From: Thermoproteota archaeon
GTDB taxonomy: Archaea; Korarchaeota; Korarchaeia; Korarchaeales; Korarchaeaceae
DNA length: 12,630 nucleotides
Reading direction: 5' to 3'
Assembly (NCBI GenBank): GCA_037917625.1
Contig: JAVCBY010000077.1
Location: 1-12,630 of the forward strand
Part shown: positions 6,891-12,630 of the stretch, one piece after another
How positions within the stretch are numbered: the stretch's first letter is position 1
How the letters are laid out: each line of letters begins with the position of its first letter
Program-made: the position numbers and the translations under genes
Notes under the pieces: generated by a model
What the model was told of the DNA's origin: nothing
The model's database searches: none
What the model saw: the letters and a program-made list of their open reading frames with translations, nothing else

Positions 6891-7538
6891 CCTTTCGGAT
6901 TTCCTCGATTTCCTAGCTATCATGAGGGATGTTATGATTGCAGATGCTATTGATGCCGATATTCCGAGGATGAGGAACGGTAGAGGATCCCATTGACCCC
7001 CATGGCTACTGACTTCAGCGATAGATTCGTTTGGATATCTCATTCCCTTGATGAGGGGTCCTGTAGCGTTCTGGGTCAGATTAGTTGGAGAGAGCTCAGG
7101 GGCATGCTTCGAGTATAAGTTCGTAGTGAATAGATACCATGGGAATAGCATCAGAATGCCTATCAGAAGGCCAATTATTGCGCTCCTCACCAATACCTCC
7201 TTAGGTGCTGCTCTAATCATCCTGAGGGCCTCATATATTTTATCTCTCTCCTCACTAGATGTCATTATGATGAATGCTGAGGAAGCCAGTGTGTAGAGAG
7301 TTTTCTGGCCCCTCTTTCCTGCCATTTTCGCTACAGGTCTTATTAAGCCTGCGCTCTGAAGTTTATCTATGTGGAATATTACCGTGGTTATTGGAAGACC
7401 TAGCTCCTTCGCTAAATCGTTGGGGCTCATCAGCCTCTCCTTCAAGAGGGCTAGGATCCTCCTGCCGATATCGCTAGATATCTCTTGACCCAAGATTTTA
7501 AGTCTTTCGTCCTCCAATGTGAATATTTCCCACTCCAT
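6885..7538 (-). CDS. ArsR-like winged-helix transcriptional regulator with two C-terminal transmembrane helices
   Basis: RRILALLKERLMSPNDLAKELGLPITTVIFHIDKLQSAGLI (HTH) followed by a wing. Hydrophobic segments AIIGLLIGILMLFPWYLF and LPFLILGISASIASAIITSLMI. SD GAGG. Confidence 0.85.
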   Translation of the reverse strand: MEWEIFTLEDERLKILGQEISSDIGRRILALLKERLMSPNDLAKELGLPITTVIFHIDKLQSAGLIRPVAKMAGKRGQKTLYTLASSAFIIMTSSEERDKIYEALRMIRAAPKEVLVRSAIIGLLIGILMLFPWYLFTTNLYSKHAPELSPTNLTQNATGPLIKGMRYPNESIAEVSSHGGQWDPLPFLILGISASIASAIITSLMIARKSRKSERL

Positions 7539-7592
7539 TTTTCCTCAAGACTTATGGGAGCCCCAGATTTAAATCATTCTAATAACTTCGAA

Positions 7593-8237
7593 TCATCTCG
7601 CACCTTTCGACCACTTCAGGATGAGCTCAGATGCCTCAAGAAGATCATTTACTACGTGATCTGCAAGCCTCACTATCTTCTCAGATCTGGGCCTGAATGC
7701 TATCTTCAGACCCAATTCCATCTCGAATATGGAGAGATCGCTATCCCCATCACCCACGAAAGCCACTCTAGCAAGAGGTATACCGTAACCTCTAGCGACT
7801 TCCTCGAGGACGGATCCCTTCTCATCAGGCGGGAGATCCTCAGCCAACCCCACTACTTCATTTTCCTTTAAGAGGAGCCTGGCGCTCTTACAGAAGTCCA
7901 TCCCAAGCCTCTCGCAGACCCTATCAGCGATCACGTTTAAGCCGGAGCTTATGACACCAACAATGAAACCAGAATCCTTAAGCATTTTTATAGACTTCTC
8001 AGAGTTCTCCATCAACTTTATGGAATTCACTCTCCTCAGAACTTCTGAGAAATCCTTTTTCCTCCAAGAGGATACATCGAGCTCTGCCCATTTCTTATAA
8101 TCTATTTCTCCCCTCTCATACATCCGCCTATAGATGTAAGCCTCTCTCTCAGTCCCTAGGATCTCATGAATGAACTCCCAAGAACTTTTTATCTCAATGA
8201 GCGTTCCATCCATATCGAAGCAGGCCATGTACCTCAT
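7593..8237 (-). CDS. HAD-superfamily phosphatase, phosphoserine phosphatase (SerB)-like
   Basis: Motif I FDMDGTL, motif II ISSG, motif III Lys (DEKG) and motif IV GDGDSD. Confidence 0.88.
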   Translation of the reverse strand: MRYMACFDMDGTLIEIKSSWEFIHEILGTEREAYIYRRMYERGEIDYKKWAELDVSSWRKKDFSEVLRRVNSIKLMENSEKSIKMLKDSGFIVGVISSGLNVIADRVCERLGMDFCKSARLLLKENEVVGLAEDLPPDEKGSVLEEVARGYGIPLARVAFVGDGDSDLSIFEMELGLKIAFRPRSEKIVRLADHVVNDLLEASELILKWSKGAR

Positions 8238-8357
8238 TGAGTTGCTTCTACAGGTCTACTATTTAATTGGGCTGGGTCAATATGTTCCAATAAATGGAAT
8301 ATGAGTGGGCCAATTTATTTAAAACGCTACTGGGTCGCTGGGTGAGGAGGGTGTGGG

Positions 8358-9494
8358 TTGCATAGCGACCTAAACGATGTGAGATTGATGCAAGTCGGTC
8401 AGGGTGATTGGCTCTCCTGGATATTCTTCATAATGTTCATTATGATAATGCAGTTCTACGCAAATAGGCTACAGGCTCAGATATGGATAAGTGAGATAAG
8501 CAGGGCCTTATCTAAGCTGGAGGAATATAGCAACGACTCCGCCAGGAAATTCATAGAGGAGGCATCTAAGTACGGGAGATCTCAGGAGGAGGTAAAATCC
8601 ATTTACAACAAAGTTAAGGGATTCTTCTTAATAGAGCCAGTCACTCTGGATCCATACGGAGCTATAAGGAGGCTTGAGCACCTCTTAAATACTATGAGAG
8701 ATCACCTAAATGCGTTAATGATGGATATAGCCCCTAATGCGGATGGCTGGAAGAGATCCAACTTAAGGGATCAGATGGCTAGCGCATTAACTCTGGACAT
8801 GATATATAGGATCATAAGGCACTATTTCATCCTCTGGAGGAAGACCCAGAACTTAATATACATAGCTCAAATACAGATGCTCCTCCCCGAGATAATGAGG
8901 ATAGCTAAAGCTTACTGGAAGGCAGGTGATGCTTTCAGGCTTGGAATACCAATAGGCGATGGGATAGGTCCTTTAGTCGCTTTGAAATTGATGAACGGTG
9001 TTGAATCTACGGAGATAGCTGAAAACATAGTGGGAGCTGAAGTCGATATCGAGGGGAGGAGGGTGATGGTGATAAAGGCGAGGGGACCAGGTTCTGAAGT
9101 TGGAAGGCCCGGTTTAGCGATAGAAAGAATTGTGGAAAGTAAGGAAGGCAATGTTTCACTCATAATAACGATAGATGCTGCTTCTAAGTTGGAGGGAGAG
9201 CCCACAGCAGAGATAGCTGAGGGCATAGGGGCAGCTATAGGCGATCCTGGACCTGAAAAGTATAAGATAGAGGAAGTAGCTACTAAATACGCTATACCTC
9301 TACATGCGATCGCGATAAAGGAGGATCAACTCGATGCTATAACTAGTATGAGTGAGGAGATAGCGAGATCAGCTGATGAAGTCATAGGGAGGGTGAGGGC
9401 GATTATACTATCGAAGACCCTACCCGGAGATTACGTAATAGTGGCGGGAATAGGGAACACTATGGGTATAGGGAATAGAATAGGGGGTGCATGA
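8358..9494 (+). CDS. DUF1512-like archaeal protein (N-terminal TM, helical region, C-terminal alpha/beta domain)
   Basis: FLIEPVTLDPYG, PIGDGIGPLVA, KARGPG, IITIDAA-KLEGE, GDPGPEK and GIGNTMGIG motifs as recalled for DUF1512. TTG 8358 has a strong SD (GAGGAGG); ATG 8388 is an alternative start. Confidence 0.8.
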   Translation: MHSDLNDVRLMQVGQGDWLSWIFFIMFIMIMQFYANRLQAQIWISEISRALSKLEEYSNDSARKFIEEASKYGRSQEEVKSIYNKVKGFFLIEPVTLDPYGAIRRLEHLLNTMRDHLNALMMDIAPNADGWKRSNLRDQMASALTLDMIYRIIRHYFILWRKTQNLIYIAQIQMLLPEIMRIAKAYWKAGDAFRLGIPIGDGIGPLVALKLMNGVESTEIAENIVGAEVDIEGRRVMVIKARGPGSEVGRPGLAIERIVESKEGNVSLIITIDAASKLEGEPTAEIAEGIGAAIGDPGPEKYKIEEVATKYAIPLHAIAIKEDQLDAITSMSEEIARSADEVIGRVRAIILSKTLPGDYVIVAGIGNTMGIGNRIGGA

Positions 9495-9910
9495 ACATGT
9501 CTGAAGAGAAGAAAAAGATACCAATTGGATTCTATCTTCTCTGGATAGCTTCCCTAGCCGGGATACTGATAATATCTGTGGTCTTCTTATATCTTGGGTT
9601 CATGAGCCTCAACGGAGGTAACATGGGGGAGTCCATCCTCAACGTGACCATGGGTATCGCCGGCCTCGGGATAGCTGCTAAAGTCGGATACGATATGTTG
9701 AGGGCGAGAATATCATTCAAGGAGGAAGCTTTCGAGGTCCTGAGTGAGTTGAAGTGTGAGAATTGCGGGGAAAAGATTGTGAGGAATTTCAAGGAGGGGG
9801 ATTTCGTCGGTGCAGTTTCGGAAGAGGATAAATGCCCTAAGTGCCAGCAACCAGCGTTGATAGTGAGTATATACTCAAGGACGCCGAAGGGGAAGGAGAA
9901 GAAGTACTGA
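9491..9910 (+). CDS. Two-TM membrane protein with a C-terminal zinc ribbon
   Basis: Two hydrophobic helices, then CENC...FKEGDFV...CPKC. ATGA overlap with the DUF1512 gene. Confidence 0.8.
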   Translation: MNMSEEKKKIPIGFYLLWIASLAGILIISVVFLYLGFMSLNGGNMGESILNVTMGIAGLGIAAKVGYDMLRARISFKEEAFEVLSELKCENCGEKIVRNFKEGDFVGAVSEEDKCPKCQQPALIVSIYSRTPKGKEKKY

Positions 9911-9925
9911 ATTCGGTGAAGTTAG

Positions 9926-10423
9926 TTGAGGGGAACGAAGATACACGTCGTTCCATGCGTAGTTATATTCAATAAGGAGGGGAAGGTCCTCTTACTGAAG
10001 AGGGCTAAGAACAAGAGGAACGGGGGAAAGTGGGAGATACCCGGGGGGAGCCTGAAGTACGGTGAATCCCCCAGGAAAGGAGCCATAAGGGAGCTCATGG
10101 AGGAGACTGGGATGAGGTTGAATCCTCTATCCATAATTCCAGTGGATACATTCGGATTCCTCTACCCGGAAATGGGAGTTGAGTTCATAATACCTCTATA
10201 CTCTGCTAAAGTCGGGGAGTTCGAGCCGAGGATAAGGGGAGAGGAGCACGATGGATGGGGTTGGTTCACAATAGAGGAGGTGAAGGAAATGGAGTTGAGG
10301 GATGAGAGCATGAAGGGAGCCTATATGATGGTTCTAGCAGCTAAGAAGATCATAGATAGATTGGGAGGGGCTGAGCGATCACCCGAATATGACGGACTCC
10401 CTCCCGAAGAGCCTAGCGCTTAA
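9926..10423 (+). CDS. NUDIX hydrolase
   Basis: LLLKR, GKWEIPGG and Nudix box GSLKYGESPRKGAIRELMEETG. TTG start with GGTGA SD. Confidence 0.9.
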   Translation: MRGTKIHVVPCVVIFNKEGKVLLLKRAKNKRNGGKWEIPGGSLKYGESPRKGAIRELMEETGMRLNPLSIIPVDTFGFLYPEMGVEFIIPLYSAKVGEFEPRIRGEEHDGWGWFTIEEVKEMELRDESMKGAYMMVLAAKKIIDRLGGAERSPEYDGLPPEEPSA

Positions 10424-11674
10424 CACGAGGAAGAGCATCAAGTAGATAACCGAGGAGAAGAACGATGTCGCGATAGCCATTAAATCGCTCATCAAGATCA
10501 TGTCTCTAGCGAACATCGCGAGACTTGTTATCGGGAGAAGTCTGAGGAGTGGATGCAGGGAAGTTGGTGCGTAAGGCACAATAATCATAGGCAGCATTAA
10601 AATGAAGAATAATGCTCCTACATATTGTTCAGCCTCCTTAAATGTCTTAGCGAACGAAGATGCAGCAACTAGTGCTGCATTTCCCGTAAGCCCTCCTAAT
10701 ATCACTGTCAGAAGTATGCCGAGTATCGCGTAAACTGGATTGGGGAGCCCCATCGCTACGGTTTGATTAGATCCTACTTCAGATAAGGAGAACTCTAGGG
10801 ACAGGCTGATCCCTAATAAGGTTGAGAAGAGTGTTGATAAACCACTTATAATCGATAGAATTATTAGAGAGGAGAACTTACCGATGAGTATCTCCATCTT
10901 ACTGATCGGGTTCGTGAGTAAGGCTTCTATAGTCTTCCTCTCCCTCTCGCCCGCTACCATATCTATCGCGAACGTCCCCGCTCCGGTTATCGCTATTACC
11001 CCTACCATCATCGGCAGTAGCATAGCTGTTATCATCTCACCAGCCCCGACCTCCCCGCCCGATCTGGTCACTTGCTTAGCTACAGCGACCACTGGATTAA
11101 CGTAGTCGATGGACAAATTGACCTCTCTCAACCTATCCAACAACACCTTCCTAGAATATGAGGATATAGGCCCTTGAACTACTCCGATTGCTGAAGAGGA
11201 TTTCGTGCTGAGCGGATCATAGTAATAGAATACTTGAGAGCTTCTGCCCTTGCTCAAATTTTCCGAGAACCCTGGAGGTATCTCGACTATTAAATCGATA
11301 TCCCCGTTCAATATCATCTCACTGAAGTTCCCCTTAAAATCAAATCTGATAGATAAATCCGCTTCTTCTGATATAAAATTGAAATAACTGACGAGATCGG
11401 TGGCATTCTTATCACATATGACGATCATAACTTTAGGAGGGAGCGTCCTCGGACTGATCATAACTATGGGGAGGGCTATTATGAGAGGCATCAGTATCAA
11501 AGGCAATATTATGACATTCAAAATCGTCCTTCTGTCCCTAATGGCCTCTAAAAGCTCTTTCCAGGCTACGACAATCCAGCCTCTCTCAGGGAGACCATAG
11601 CCCATCTGACCTAAGCCTCTAGTCAACTTGACTATCCCTGAAGACCCCTTAAACAACCTTCTCAACGACCTCAC
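10379..11674 (-). CDS. ABC-2 type permease, NatB-like (start uncertain: 11674, 11665 or 11605)
   Basis: WKELLEAIRDRRT, AGERERKTIEALLTNP, ILIGK and SFAKTFKEA motifs. One N-terminal TM, a large extracellular loop, then a TM bundle. Confidence 0.88.
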   Translation of the reverse strand: MRSLRRLFKGSSGIVKLTRGLGQMGYGLPERGWIVVAWKELLEAIRDRRTILNVIILPLILMPLIIALPIVMISPRTLPPKVMIVICDKNATDLVSYFNFISEEADLSIRFDFKGNFSEMILNGDIDLIVEIPPGFSENLSKGRSSQVFYYYDPLSTKSSSAIGVVQGPISSYSRKVLLDRLREVNLSIDYVNPVVAVAKQVTRSGGEVGAGEMITAMLLPMMVGVIAITGAGTFAIDMVAGERERKTIEALLTNPISKMEILIGKFSSLIILSIISGLSTLFSTLLGISLSLEFSLSEVGSNQTVAMGLPNPVYAILGILLTVILGGLTGNAALVAASSFAKTFKEAEQYVGALFFILMLPMIIVPYAPTSLHPLLRLLPITSLAMFARDMILMSDLMAIATSFFSSVIYLMLFLVLSARLFGRESVIFG

Positions 11675-12392
11675 CCCTGACCATCCTCAAGAAGATCTCT
11701 TCAAACTCCTTCTCCTCATATAGCTTCTCTAGATCCTCTCTCTTACCGACATATCTCATCCTGCCTTCGCTTATTATACCCACGTGAGTGCAGAGTTTTT
11801 CTGCTTCCCACATGTTGTGAGTGGACAGTATGACTGTCCTCCCAGCTCTCGCATAATCCACTATCATATTCCTTATCTCCCTCGCGCTCATCACATCCAC
11901 GCCTAGCGTAGGCTCATCGAGTATTAGGATGGGCGGTTCATCTAGTATCGCCCTAGCGAAAGCGACCTTCTGCCTCTGACCCTTCGAGAGCTTATCCGCT
12001 ATCGTGAATCTCTTCTCCTCAAGTCCCAAGATCCCTAATAGTTCGCTCACCCTCTTCCTGAGCTTTCGCTCATCCATACCTCTCATCTTACCGAAGTATA
12101 TCAAGTTCTCCTCAGCAGTCAACCTGGGATAAATACCTGTATCCTCCGGCATGACTCCCATTAAGCTCTTCGCTCTTCTAGGCTCCTTCCAGACATCGAT
12201 CCCGAGCACTCTCACGGATCCGCTATCCGGCCTCAAGACACCGTAGATCATCCTGAGAGTCGTCGTCTTACCCGCTCCATTCGGCCCCAGCAGACCGAAG
12301 ATAGATCCTTCCTCGACATCGAACGAGATACCATTAACAGCTTTGACCTCCCCGAAGGATCTCGAAAGATTTCTTACTTCTATAGCGGACAT
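11649..12392 (-). CDS. ABC transporter ATP-binding protein, NatA-like
   Basis: Walker A GPNGAGKT, signature LSKGQ, Walker B ILILDEPT and H-loop STH. Confidence 0.93.
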   Translation of the reverse strand: MSAIEVRNLSRSFGEVKAVNGISFDVEEGSIFGLLGPNGAGKTTTLRMIYGVLRPDSGSVRVLGIDVWKEPRRAKSLMGVMPEDTGIYPRLTAEENLIYFGKMRGMDERKLRKRVSELLGILGLEEKRFTIADKLSKGQRQKVAFARAILDEPPILILDEPTLGVDVMSAREIRNMIVDYARAGRTVILSTHNMWEAEKLCTHVGIISEGRMRYVGKREDLEKLYEEKEFEEIFLRMVRGEVVEKVV

Positions 12393-12435
12393 GAATGACC
12401 CTCACTATTATATACTTTATCTTCGGGAATTTGAG

Positions 12436-12630
12436 ATGAGGTTATTTAAGCTTTCATTGTCAGTAGTATCTCTGGTCATCGTATTACTGCTGATCAATAC
12501 CGCCAACAGCCAGCCAGCTCTACTCGGAGTCTCTAGAACTGATGTGATAGCGGGCGACATATTCTACGCTTTTTATAACATCACCACGACGAAAGATAAG
12601 CCTATCATCGGATTCGAGCTAACAGTGATA
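12436..12630 (+). CDS. 5' part of a secreted or surface protein (truncated by window end)
   Basis: Open from ATG 12436 to the edge: MRLFKLSLSVVSLVIVLLLINTANSQPALLG..., a Sec signal-peptide pattern. Contains an N-I-T sequon. Confidence 0.7.
   Translation, partial: MRLFKLSLSVVSLVIVLLLINTANSQPALLGVSRTDVIAGDIFYAFYNITTTKDKPIIGFELTVI

Noticed and set aside
8284-8300. GTTCCA...GGAA as an archaeal origin recognition box
   Set aside because: Spacing does not fit the ORB consensus, there is no G-string, it is single copy, and no cdc6/orc1 gene is adjacent.
7048-11600. Alternative ORFs 7048..7296, 7274..7477, 7485..7871, 8912..9226, 9532..9792, 9922..10134, 10884..11105 and 11400..11600
   Set aside because: Antisense to well-supported genes, with no independent start signals or motifs.
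1-12630. CRISPR array, transposase or defence system
   Set aside because: No regularly spaced repeats, and no transposase, integrase or nuclease motifs in any ORF.

Overview
Compact archaeal chromosomal region. TATA/BRE-type promoters, GGTGA/GAGG ribosome sites, a BHB tRNA intron and the codon style suggest a Korarchaeota/TACK-type genome, but the taxon is an inference. In order, it contains: a divergent CTP synthase; a DegT/DnrJ sugar aminotransferase; two translationally coupled dolichol/phytol-kinase-like membrane proteins; an intron-containing tRNA-Tyr(GTA); a macrodomain protein; a Trm112-like protein; a small Cys-rich protein; a membrane-anchored winged-helix regulator; a SerB-like HAD phosphatase; a DUF1512 / zinc-ribbon / NUDIX operon; and a NatAB-like ABC exporter. 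Truncated ORFs with hydrophobic N-termini lie at both edges. No mobile element or CRISPR array was seen. The best unexplained signals are a candidate K-turn H/ACA-like guide RNA at 6427-6493 (-), a two-hairpin element at 3336-3433 flanked by 8-bp direct repeats, and CTP synthase substitutions clustered at the nucleotide-binding motifs.
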